From: Candidatus Heimdallarchaeota archaeon
GTDB taxonomy: Archaea; Asgardarchaeota; Heimdallarchaeia; Heimdallarchaeales; Heimdallarchaeaceae
DNA: 18,290 bases
Direction of reading: 5' to 3'
Assembly (NCBI GenBank): GCA_030668825.1
Contig: DAOVET010000047.1
Span: 1-18,290 of the forward strand
Below are positions 1 through 7,526 of the stretch, piece by piece. The translations under genes and the position numbers were made by a program. The notes beneath the pieces are model-generated. The model worked only from the letters and a program-made list of their open reading frames with translations, ran no database searches and had not been told where the DNA came from. The stretch's first letter is position 1. Every line of letters begins with the position of its first letter.

Positions 1-164
1 CTTGCTATAGCTCCAAGAGCTTCTGTTTCAAATTCATCAAAAGCGAATCTTGAAGAATAGGCCAATGTTAACCCTGTCTTATCAGCTAATATAACGTGAT
101 TAATATTAGCATCGCTTGTTATAATTTCATGAAGTATTGTATTTATTTGATCAGCACCATACAA
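1..164 (-). CDS. Roadblock/LC7 (MglB/LAMTOR-like) domain protein, 5' part only; runs off the window edge
   Basis: Not in the ORF track. Hand translation from TTG at 164 (GGTGA SD-like motif just upstream): MYGADQINTILHEIITSDANINHVILADKTGLTLAYSSRFAFDEFETEALGAIA. The helix - 'VILADKTGLTLA' hairpin - 'EALGAIA' helix pattern is typical of Roadblock domains. Confidence 0.7.
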   Translation of the reverse strand, partial: MYGADQINTILHEIITSDANINHVILADKTGLTLAYSSRFAFDEFETEALGAIA

Positions 165-343
165 GCAAATCACCAAGTATTTTATGACATCTCTTAATGT
201 CTATTTGTTGTTTAATATATTTATACTTAATGTCACTTGCATGACAAAACTAGAGAGTTTTCGAGATAGTTAAGAAAATGAATATAGAAAAAAAGGAAAA
301 GAAGAGAGCTTCAGAGCTAAACCAGAGTGTATCAAGCAACGTT

Positions 344-350
344 TTTAAAT
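344..350 (+). promoter_or_regulatory. Putative TATA box for tpiA (probably leaderless transcript)
   Basis: TTTAAAT lies 21-27 nt upstream of ATG 371, the usual archaeal spacing for leaderless mRNAs. Confidence 0.4.
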
Positions 351-370
351 GAGTCGTGAAAATTAGCTCC

Positions 371-1048
371 ATGGCTAAGATATCATATCCTGTAATTATA
401 CTGAATTTTAAGAATTACGATCAAACAATTGGAAACAAGGGGCTATATCTTTCCAAGATTGCAGAAGAAGTTGCTAGAGAATTAAGTGTATCAATTGTAG
501 TTTGCCCTCAAACCGTTGATTTAAGGAAAATCGCAGAAGAGGTTGACATTCCAGTTTTAGCACAGCATGTAGATGCAAATGATTCTGGAAGTTATACAGG
601 AAATAATCTTATCCAAGCTGTAATGGAAACAGGAGCAATTGGCTCTCTTGTTAACCATTCTGAACACAGATTAAAGTTAGCTGATATTGAGAAAATAGTT
701 GATAAAGCAAATACCCTAGATTTTTTCACTTGTGTGTGTTCTAATAATCTTCAAACAAGCAAAGCAATAGCCGCCCTTAATCCAGTAGCGTGTGCTATGG
801 AACCACCTGAACTAATTGGTAGCGGAGTATCAGTTACTACGCAACCAAGTTTGGTTAAAGACACTATCAAAGCTATTTCTGACATTAATTCAAACATTCA
901 ACCCTTAGTGGGAGCTGGAGTTTCGACCAATAAAGATGTTTTTGAAGCTCTGCAATTAGGAGCAAAAGGAGTTCTTTTAGCTTCAGGTTTTGTGAAGGCT
1001 AAAGACCCAAAAGAAGTACTTATAGAAATGGCAAAAGCAGTTTTGTAA
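371..1048 (+). CDS. tpiA: Triosephosphate isomerase, archaeal type
   Basis: NFKNY, AQHVD, NHSEHR, MEPPELIGSG, GAGV and GVLLASG motifs. ATG 371 preferred over GTG 356. Confidence 0.97.
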   Translation: MAKISYPVIILNFKNYDQTIGNKGLYLSKIAEEVARELSVSIVVCPQTVDLRKIAEEVDIPVLAQHVDANDSGSYTGNNLIQAVMETGAIGSLVNHSEHRLKLADIEKIVDKANTLDFFTCVCSNNLQTSKAIAALNPVACAMEPPELIGSGVSVTTQPSLVKDTIKAISDINSNIQPLVGAGVSTNKDVFEALQLGAKGVLLASGFVKAKDPKEVLIEMAKAVL

Positions 1049-1090
1049 ATTCCAGTAAGCAAGAAAAATTTAAGAGAAATCTATTCTCTA

Positions 1091-1567
1091 CTAGTTTCTT
1101 TTCCACATTGTTTTGTCGCCCTGTTGAATCTGAGTAAGAATCCCAGCTTCTGTCATCTGTTTTAAGGATTTGATAAATTCTTCCTTAGAAATCGGAGCAT
1201 TTCCTTGCTTCAATGCAGCGAATTGACATGCAGCAAATATTGCATCTTCAAACATGAACTTAGAAGAACCATAGGATTCAAGTATGATAGCCTTATTTGG
1301 AATATCAGGTTCCTTAGCTGCAACCTTTACCTTTGGTGATTCCTTGACCTCAGTTTTGACTTCAGTTCCATCTTTGGAAAACACGACATCAGCAATTAAG
1401 TCTTTCAAACTCTTCCCTTCAGATTGTTCTCCAAAACCGTATAATTCAGCTATCCAATAAATCGAATGATTAACAAATGAATCAATAGATTCAAAATTCT
1501 CCTCATCAACGAGTTTCTCTATATATTTATACAGTTTTTCAGGAATTTTTGCTTCAAAAGATTTCAT
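1091..1567 (-). CDS. Hypothetical protein with N-terminal ribbon-helix-helix-like and C-terminal winged-helix-like segments
   Basis: N-terminus MKSFEAKIPEKLYKYIEKLVDEENFESIDSFVNHSI fits the RHH (CopG/Arc/MetJ) pattern. C-terminus ISKEEFIKSLKQMTEAGILTQIQQGDKTMWK fits a wHTH helix plus wing. AGGAG SD motif at 1576-1580. Confidence 0.75.
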   Translation of the reverse strand: MKSFEAKIPEKLYKYIEKLVDEENFESIDSFVNHSIYWIAELYGFGEQSEGKSLKDLIADVVFSKDGTEVKTEVKESPKVKVAAKEPDIPNKAIILESYGSSKFMFEDAIFAACQFAALKQGNAPISKEEFIKSLKQMTEAGILTQIQQGDKTMWKRN

Positions 1568-1617
1568 ACGCTTTGCTCCTATTGAATGTATTTGACGTTA
1601 AAATATTCTTCATTCCG

Positions 1618-1632
1618 TTTTAAACCTTTTTT
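1618..1632 (-). promoter_or_regulatory. Putative BRE + TATA box for the RHH-like gene
   Basis: Minus strand reads AAAAAAGG-TTTAAAA (purine-rich BRE then TATA) about 50 nt upstream of ATG 1567. Confidence 0.45.
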
Positions 1633-1656
1633 ATCTAGGTATTGAAGCCTAGAGAG

Positions 1657-1671
1657 AAAAATGAAAAAAAA
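1657..1671 (-). terminator. Possible oligo-U terminator of the rpoE'-rps27ae operon
   Basis: Minus strand TTTTTTTTCATTTTT, about 140 nt downstream of the rps27ae stop and upstream of the next promoter. Confidence 0.3.
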
Positions 1672-1807
1672 GTATTGATGATGGCGTCCTTTTATTTTTC
1701 TATCATGTGTGTGAAGAGCACATCTAAGCCGTCTCAATCAGTCATTCGCCTAATTACATTAAGAAGGAAATGGAGTATAAATTTTTCTGTAAGAGTTTAA
1801 AATTTTG

Positions 1808-1975
1808 TTAAGAGGTTTTACGACCACGTTTATACTGGGTGAAACCACATTTTCCACAAGTTTGACGATCTGGATGTTCAGCCATATATACTGCATCCCC
1901 ACAACGTTCGCAAACCTTTTTTGTTCTAATTATCTTGTCTCCTTCAACTTTGTACCTTTTGTGTATTTCGCTCAT
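1808..1975 (-). CDS. rps27ae: 30S ribosomal protein S27ae (eS31), stand-alone
   Basis: Not in the ORF track (55 aa). Hand translation: MSEIHKRYKVEGDKIIRTKKVCERCGDAVYMAEHPDRQTCGKCGFTQYKRGRKTS. CxxC-MAEH-DR-CGKCG zinc ribbon, in its canonical position after rps24e. Confidence 0.96.
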   Translation of the reverse strand: MSEIHKRYKVEGDKIIRTKKVCERCGDAVYMAEHPDRQTCGKCGFTQYKRGRKTS

Positions 1976-1984
1976 AGTTTGCAC

Positions 1985-2281
1985 CTATTCTTTTTTGTCT
2001 TCTCTAATTCCAGATCTCTTTAGTAAATATTCCCTTTCAACTGCAATAGCACGTTCTTGAGAATCATAAGCATGAATTATAGCGTGACTGATACCAATTC
2101 CATATTTTGCTTGCATTTTAATAAGAACAACTTGGTTTTTCGCTCTGTTAACCTCAGCTGCAACTCTACCAAGAACAGCATCTCTTGTAGGAACAGGCTC
2201 TCCTTGATGTTCTATTTCCACATCAAGTTCCACCCTATCTAGTAGTTTATTTTCTGTTTTCTTAACGATTTTAATTTTCAT
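1985..2281 (-). CDS. rps24e: 30S ribosomal protein S24e (eS24)
   Basis: ENKLLDRVE, H.GEPVPTR, YGIGIS, AYDS and E..YLLKR motifs; synteny with DUF359 and S27ae. Confidence 0.95.
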   Translation of the reverse strand: MKIKIVKKTENKLLDRVELDVEIEHQGEPVPTRDAVLGRVAAEVNRAKNQVVLIKMQAKYGIGISHAIIHAYDSQERAIAVEREYLLKRSGIREDKKE

Positions 2282-2822
2282 TGATTTTCACCATTTTCTG
2301 AATTAAGTTTTTCACTTTCTTCTTAATTTCTTCTGTGACCGTGACTACTACTAGTCCTTCATTTGGTTGTCCATATAAGACTTTTGAATTATAAGGCGAT
2401 TCATATATCGCTGGAAGCACCAGTAAATCCTCTTCACCACTTATTTTTATAATGATTTTGATATCATCCTTTTTTAGAACTTTTTGAATCATGTCCCATG
2501 CTTCTAAAGTAATAGTTCCCGCAGGATTTTTTGCTTCTACCACGGTGAATTTTGACATATCGACTATTTCAGATCTATTTCTTTGAACGCGTTCATCAAT
2601 AATTGCGATGTCGGGGATAAGTCCTCTGTCCAGAATGGTTTGAGTACTTACATCTCCAACTGTAATAATTTTACAATCTTCTTGACTTGCTTTTAGAACG
2701 CGAACAAAATCCTCAATTTCCTCGCCTGTACTAAGAACAATATCTAAGGGCTTTTTAAAATAATTTCTTTCATCTTCAGGTAAGATGTAGTATCCTTTAT
2801 TTAAAGAAACCACTAGTTTCAC
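2271..2822 (-). CDS. GTP-dependent dephospho-CoA kinase (DUF359 family)
   Basis: TVGDV, PDIAIID, NPAGTIT, GEEDLLVLP and VLYGQPNEGLV motifs; conserved position between spt4 and rps24e. Confidence 0.92.
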   Translation of the reverse strand: MKLVVSLNKGYYILPEDERNYFKKPLDIVLSTGEEIEDFVRVLKASQEDCKIITVGDVSTQTILDRGLIPDIAIIDERVQRNRSEIVDMSKFTVVEAKNPAGTITLEAWDMIQKVLKKDDIKIIIKISGEEDLLVLPAIYESPYNSKVLYGQPNEGLVVVTVTEEIKKKVKNLIQKMVKINEN

Positions 2823-3007
2823 CGAACTCTTAGTGCATAGTGTCCTTTCTTATTAATTTTCATTCTTTGAGATACTTCACTATCTTCAGGGTTTAAAATA
2901 AAAATTTCTCCAGTGTATTCAGAAGAGAGATCTTGTGTTTTACAACTTGGACAGACATTGGCTGTTTTCTCAGCAATATGATGACATACTCGACATGCTT
3001 TTGACAT
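2819..3007 (-). CDS. spt4: Transcription elongation factor Spt4 (RpoE'')
   Basis: KACRVCH...CPSCK zinc ribbon, SEVSQRM..KKGHYALRVR C-terminus. ATG 3007 chosen, directly after the rpoE' stop. Confidence 0.93.
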   Translation of the reverse strand: MSKACRVCHHIAEKTANVCPSCKTQDLSSEYTGEIFILNPEDSEVSQRMKINKKGHYALRVR

Positions 3008-3008
3008 A

Positions 3009-3584
3009 TTATGCAACCTCCTCAGCATTCTTTTTAGGTTTCTTCAAATCTCTTTTCCATTCTTCTACCCAATCAATTGCTCCAAGAGAATCTTGACGCA
3101 TAGTTAACCCTACACGAATTGCTGTTTTGCCTATGCTTACGGCAATTATTCTTGATCGAACTTTTGTATTAACTAATAAATCACGTTTAGATTTATCCCC
3201 TCTTAAAACAGCATTCTTTGGAATATAACGGAAATAGTCATCTGCAATTTGAGAAACATGACATAGGGCATCAATGGTTCCTATTCTTATGAAGGCTCCA
3301 AAATCAACGCATTCAACTACTTCTCCAGTTACAATTTCTCCAATTTCAGGTAAATAGCATAATAAACCGAAATCAGTTTCATAATATGCTCCCCCATCTC
3401 CTGAAATTAGTTTACCTTGATATATTTTATTAATCTCTGTAACTGCAACAATAAAACCCACTTCAGGTTCGATTTTACCTTCGAAGCTTTCTCTTGCGAT
3501 TTCTACTAAAACTTGAGAAAGATCTTCATCGAATCTGTTTGGAGGTACTCTAAGTGTATCTTTTACTTTAACACTATAATACAA
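3009..3584 (-). CDS. rpoE1: DNA-directed RNA polymerase subunit E' (Rpo7)
   Basis: RVPPNRF, GDGGAYY, GEVVE..DFGAFIRIG.IDALCHVSQIADD (S1 domain), LTMRQ..LG; TTG start. Confidence 0.96.
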   Translation of the reverse strand: MYYSVKVKDTLRVPPNRFDEDLSQVLVEIARESFEGKIEPEVGFIVAVTEINKIYQGKLISGDGGAYYETDFGLLCYLPEIGEIVTGEVVECVDFGAFIRIGTIDALCHVSQIADDYFRYIPKNAVLRGDKSKRDLLVNTKVRSRIIAVSIGKTAIRVGLTMRQDSLGAIDWVEEWKRDLKKPKKNAEEVA

Positions 3585-3715
3585 GACAACATCATCTCTC
3601 TTTCTTCTACAGTGCTCGTTCTTATCTATTGCTTTTAAATATAGTTATATTAAATATTTTTTTCTAAACAGTTAGAGAGTGTTTGGAGGAAAAATAGTTT
3701 AAGTTAGAGTTTATC

Positions 3716-3752
3716 AAAGTAAGCTGAAATAAAAGTAAGCTGAACGTAAAGT
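3716..3752 (+). repeat. Short direct repeat with a 16-bp period in the divergent rpoE'/eIF2-gamma intergenic region
   Basis: AAAGTAAGCTGAA at 3716-3728 and 3732-3744, with a partial third AAAGT at 3748-3752. Confidence 0.6.
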
Positions 3753-3857
3753 TTTTGATGTATTAGTGTTGTTTGGGTATCAGTCTTGAATAAATATGCA
3801 TTAAAAACTGCAAAATAATTTCATTTGAGCACTAAGAGAACTATTGAGGAAAAATTA

Positions 3858-5174
3858 ATGAGCGAAAAAGATTCCCCAGAAAAGCAAGAAAGTACCCTCA
3901 CAGCTTCAAAAAATGAAGCGGTTAAGAAGGAAAAGAAAGTCATCAGACAGCCAGTGGTTAATATTGGAACTATAGGACATGTAGACAATGGTAAATCAAC
4001 TTTAGTCCAAGCTTTAACAGGTAAATTCCCTGATGATCACTCAGAGGAGCTCAAAAGAGGGATATCAATAAGATTAGGATATGCTGATACAGAATTTCGC
4101 AAGTGCCCTAAGTGTCCTGAGCCTGAAGCTTACACTATTGAAAAAACATGCCTAAAATGTGGAGCACCTTCTGAATTTTTACGAAGAGTTTCTTTTGTTG
4201 ATTGTCCCGGACACGAGGTTCTAATGGCAACATTGTTATCTGGAGCAACATTAATGAATGGAGCAATCCTTCTGATAGCTGCAAACTCAAGATGCCCACA
4301 ACCACAAACAAGAGAACATCTTGCAGCGATGGAGATTCTTCAAATACCAAATATAGTCGTTGTTCAGAATAAAATTGAACTTGTAAGTGAAGAAGAGGCT
4401 GAAAGAAATTATAAAGAAATTCAAGACTTTATTAAAGGAACAATTGCTGAAAACGCTCCAATAATACCAATGAGTGCAATGCATAAAGCAAATCTAGATG
4501 TTTTAATTTGTGAAATTGAAAAAAATATTCCTACACCAGATTTAGACATAGACAGCCCTCTGGAAATGCATGTTGCTAGATCTTTTGATATAAATAGACC
4601 TGGAACAAAAATCAATAAAATTAAGGGAGGAGCTCTTGGGGGAACAATAATCAAAGGGCAAATCAAAGTAGCTGAAGAAATAGAAATTGTACCCGGTTTA
4701 CCAGTCAAAAAGGCAAATAAAATAATTTACACACCAATTAGGACCAAAATTACTAGTATAGCAATAGGAGAGCAGGGTCTTGTTGAAAGCGCCCATTCTG
4801 GTGGTCTTGTTGCTATTGGGACAGAATTAGACCCTTCGTTTGTGAAGGCAGATAAAATGGCAGGTAATATTATTACCACTCCTGGTCATGCTCCTGAAAT
4901 CCTTTCAGAACTAAAATTAAAATTTCAGTTAATGGAATATGTAGTTGGCTCAGAAGAAATAACAAGGGTTCAACCATTAGCCCAAGGTGAGACTTTGATG
5001 TTAAATGTTGGAACTGCAAAAACTGCAGGAGTAATATCTGAAATTAAAGGGAAGGAAGCTTCTATAAAACTTAATCGTGAAGTAGCAGCAAGAGAACAAA
5101 GCAAAGTAGCTATCTCAAGAAGGATATCAGGTAGATTCCGTTTAATAGGAGTTGGTGAAGTTCTTAAGCAGTGA
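3858..5174 (+). CDS. eif2g: Translation initiation factor 2 subunit gamma (a/eIF2-gamma)
   Basis: NIGTIGHVDNGKST, EELKRGISIRLGYAD, zinc knuckle CPKC/CLKC, SFVDCPGHE, QPQTREH, QNKIE, RSFDINRPG and RLIG motifs. ATG 3858 has GAGGA upstream; the track start is TTG 3825. Confidence 0.97.
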   Translation: MSEKDSPEKQESTLTASKNEAVKKEKKVIRQPVVNIGTIGHVDNGKSTLVQALTGKFPDDHSEELKRGISIRLGYADTEFRKCPKCPEPEAYTIEKTCLKCGAPSEFLRRVSFVDCPGHEVLMATLLSGATLMNGAILLIAANSRCPQPQTREHLAAMEILQIPNIVVVQNKIELVSEEEAERNYKEIQDFIKGTIAENAPIIPMSAMHKANLDVLICEIEKNIPTPDLDIDSPLEMHVARSFDINRPGTKINKIKGGALGGTIIKGQIKVAEEIEIVPGLPVKKANKIIYTPIRTKITSIAIGEQGLVESAHSGGLVAIGTELDPSFVKADKMAGNIITTPGHAPEILSELKLKFQLMEYVVGSEEITRVQPLAQGETLMLNVGTAKTAGVISEIKGKEASIKLNREVAAREQSKVAISRRISGRFRLIGVGEVLKQ

Positions 5175-5180
5175 AATCAC

Positions 5181-5567
5181 ATGTTGATTATTATAGATTC
5201 TAGCATGTTAATGCTTCCTCTTGAAAAAAAGATAAACTTATCTTATGAGATAGAACGACTGGTGCAAATAAGTTTTGAAATTGTTGTACCACAAATTGTT
5301 TTGGATGAATTAAGGAGATTATCAGAAAAAGAAAGCCAGTCTATTAAGCTAAAGGCAAAACTAGCATTAGAATTAGCTAACGGGTTTTTAAAAATAGAAT
5401 CAAACACTAATTGCCATGCTGATGAAGAAATATTACGATTGGCAGTAGAAAAAGAAGCAATTGTTGCCACAAATGATACTAAGCTGCGTTTAAGACTACG
5501 GGAGAAGGGGATTGTTGTTATTTCTTTACGTGGGAAGAATAAGCTTTCTTTGTTCGGTGACATCTAG
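5181..5567 (+). CDS. PIN-domain ribonuclease, Fcf1/Utp24-like
   Basis: IIIDSS, VLDEL, ADEEIL and VATND acidic PIN motifs; its usual archaeal position directly after eIF2-gamma. Confidence 0.88.
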   Translation: MLIIIDSSMLMLPLEKKINLSYEIERLVQISFEIVVPQIVLDELRRLSEKESQSIKLKAKLALELANGFLKIESNTNCHADEEILRLAVEKEAIVATNDTKLRLRLREKGIVVISLRGKNKLSLFGDI

Positions 5568-5697
5568 GAAAATTTAACGCGGTATTAATCACAAATCTTA
5601 ATTAGATTATGTTATTGTGTTTTTCAATCCTAATTTGAAAGCAAATATTGGATTAAGAATGAGATAAAAATTATCATAGCTATATGAGGTTATTTGA

Positions 5698-6264
5698 ATG
5701 AAAATCGAAAGTTTATTTCCGGAAATTAAAGAAATTAAGAATGTCGATTTGCAGAATAAGGTTACAAAATCTCTTAAAAAAGCAATTCAACAAGGTGGAT
5801 GGAGCACACAAGACCTTCATAAAATTCCTTTCACACTGTTAATTCCCGACTTAGTCAATGAAGATCTTACAGTTAAAATATCAATTATAGATCATATTCG
5901 AGCTGTAACACAGATGTGTTTAGCCACTTATGAAAGATATGAGATGCTTGGTCTTGGAGATAAGTTGAATAGAGATGAGCTAATCGCAGGTGGATTACTG
6001 CACGACGTAGGAAAATTCATCGAGTATGAAAAAGACGAAACTGGACACATAATTCAGACAGCGGAAGGAAAATACATACGTCATCCTGCGATGGGTCTTG
6101 AATTAGTTTATGAGTATGATTTACCACTGATTGTTAGACAAGCTATTGTTTTTCACAGTAAAGAAGGAGATAAAATTCCTAGATTAAAAGAAGTAGAAAT
6201 TATCCATCGCTGTGATTTTCTTTGTTTTGCTCCAATAAAACAAATATTCGAAGAAAATAAATGA
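5698..6264 (+). CDS. HD-domain metal-dependent phosphohydrolase superfamily protein
   Basis: DHIRAV ... LLHDVGK ... RHP ... FHS ... HRCD (H..HD..H..H..D); GAGGT SD motif; first gene of the tricarboxylate cluster. Confidence 0.88.
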   Translation: MKIESLFPEIKEIKNVDLQNKVTKSLKKAIQQGGWSTQDLHKIPFTLLIPDLVNEDLTVKISIIDHIRAVTQMCLATYERYEMLGLGDKLNRDELIAGGLLHDVGKFIEYEKDETGHIIQTAEGKYIRHPAMGLELVYEYDLPLIVRQAIVFHSKEGDKIPRLKEVEIIHRCDFLCFAPIKQIFEENK

Positions 6265-6282
6265 GGAAAAGGTGTTCTTGAA

Positions 6283-7416
6283 ATGAAGAAATACAAAATT
6301 GCAGTTTTACCAGGTGATGGGGTTGGTGTTGATGTAACAGAAGCAGCAATGAAAGTTCTGGATGCTGTTGGATTCGGAGAAAAAGCTGAATACACATATG
6401 GAGATATAGGCTGGGAATTTTGGTGTAAGGAAGGAAATCCTTTACCAGACATAACAATTGAGCTTCTCAAGAATTCAGATTGTTCTTTGTTTTCAGCTAT
6501 CACATCAAAACCTAAGGAAGAAGCTGAAAAGGAATTAGTTCCAGAATTACAGGGTAAAGGATTAGTTTACTTTAGCCCTATTGTGAGATTACGACAACTG
6601 TTTGACCTTTATGTCAACTTACGTCCTTGTAAGGCTTACCCAGGCAATCCTCTTAATTACAGAGATGATATTGATTTGATTGTTTTTCGTGAAAATACTG
6701 AAGGACTTTATGTTGGAATAGAATGGCATCCTGTCCCTGAAGCAGTAATGAAAACAATTATTGAAAATCATCCCAAAGCAAAACGATTTGAAGAAGAGAA
6801 TCTTAATGATGTAGCCATATCTACTAGAATATTCACTCGAAAAGGAGTTCAACGTATTCTCAAGGCTAGTATGGATTATGCGAAGGAGTTTAACTACCCT
6901 ACTGTAACTGTTGTAGAAAAACCAAATGTTATCAGAGAAACAAGTGGTTTGATGGTACGAGAAGCAAGAAAACTAATACAGGATTATAACAATATGGAAT
7001 TATGGGAAACCAATATTGATGCAATGGCTATGTGGCTTGTAAAAAATCCTCAGAATTATGGTGTTTTAGTATCATCTAACATGTTTGGAGACATTGTTTC
7101 AGACCTAGCAGCTCAATTAATAGGTGGGCTAGGGTTTGCTTGTTCAGGAAATATAGGTGAAAACTTTGCTGTTTTTGAGCCAACACATGGATCTGCTCCC
7201 AAGTATGTGGGGATGAATAAAGTAAACCCAATTGCACAAATTCTTGCTGCAAAAATGATGTTGGATTGGCTAGGTGAAAAACACATGGCCAACAAGATTG
7301 AAGATGCAGTGGCAGCTGTAATTGTTGAAGGAAAATATCGCACTTATGATATGGGTGGAAATACAACAACTTCTGAAATGGCAGATGCCATTTGTGAAAA
7401 AATAAATGCCCTTTAA
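6283..7416 (+). CDS. Isocitrate/homoisocitrate/isopropylmalate dehydrogenase family protein, predicted NADP-preferring
   Basis: PGDGVG, LRQLFDLYVNLRP, RENTEGLY, EKPN, NIDA, NMFGDIVSD, FEPTHGSAPKY and RTYDMGG motifs. Confidence 0.93.
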   Translation: MKKYKIAVLPGDGVGVDVTEAAMKVLDAVGFGEKAEYTYGDIGWEFWCKEGNPLPDITIELLKNSDCSLFSAITSKPKEEAEKELVPELQGKGLVYFSPIVRLRQLFDLYVNLRPCKAYPGNPLNYRDDIDLIVFRENTEGLYVGIEWHPVPEAVMKTIIENHPKAKRFEEENLNDVAISTRIFTRKGVQRILKASMDYAKEFNYPTVTVVEKPNVIRETSGLMVREARKLIQDYNNMELWETNIDAMAMWLVKNPQNYGVLVSSNMFGDIVSDLAAQLIGGLGFACSGNIGENFAVFEPTHGSAPKYVGMNKVNPIAQILAAKMMLDWLGEKHMANKIEDAVAAVIVEGKYRTYDMGGNTTTSEMADAICEKINAL

Positions 7417-7417
7417 C

Positions 7418-7442
7418 TTATTTTTTCCTTCATTTTTTCTTA
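7418..7442 (+). terminator. T-rich tract after the dehydrogenase gene; possible internal terminator
   Basis: TTATTTTTTCCTTCATTTTTTCTT immediately after the TAA, in the largest gap inside the cluster. Confidence 0.35.
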
Positions 7443-7526
7443 TACCATTTTCTATGAAAATCAATACCCCATAAATACATAAGGATAATCTTATTACTTC
7501 TTTATTAATTGGTGAAACTGAGCGAA

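Noticed and set aside
1670-1745. SECIS element
   Set aside because: No flanking gene shows an in-frame TGA read-through candidate (rps27ae ends TAA, the RHH gene ends TAG), and the hairpin lacks a convincing SECIS core.
1805-2242. Plus-strand ORFs 1805..2023 and 2057..2242
   Set aside because: Antisense shadows of rps27ae and rps24e, with no recognisable motifs.
3716-3752. CRISPR array or iteron interpretation of the direct repeat
   Set aside because: Only two full 13-bp copies with 3-bp spacing; no cas or rep genes nearby.
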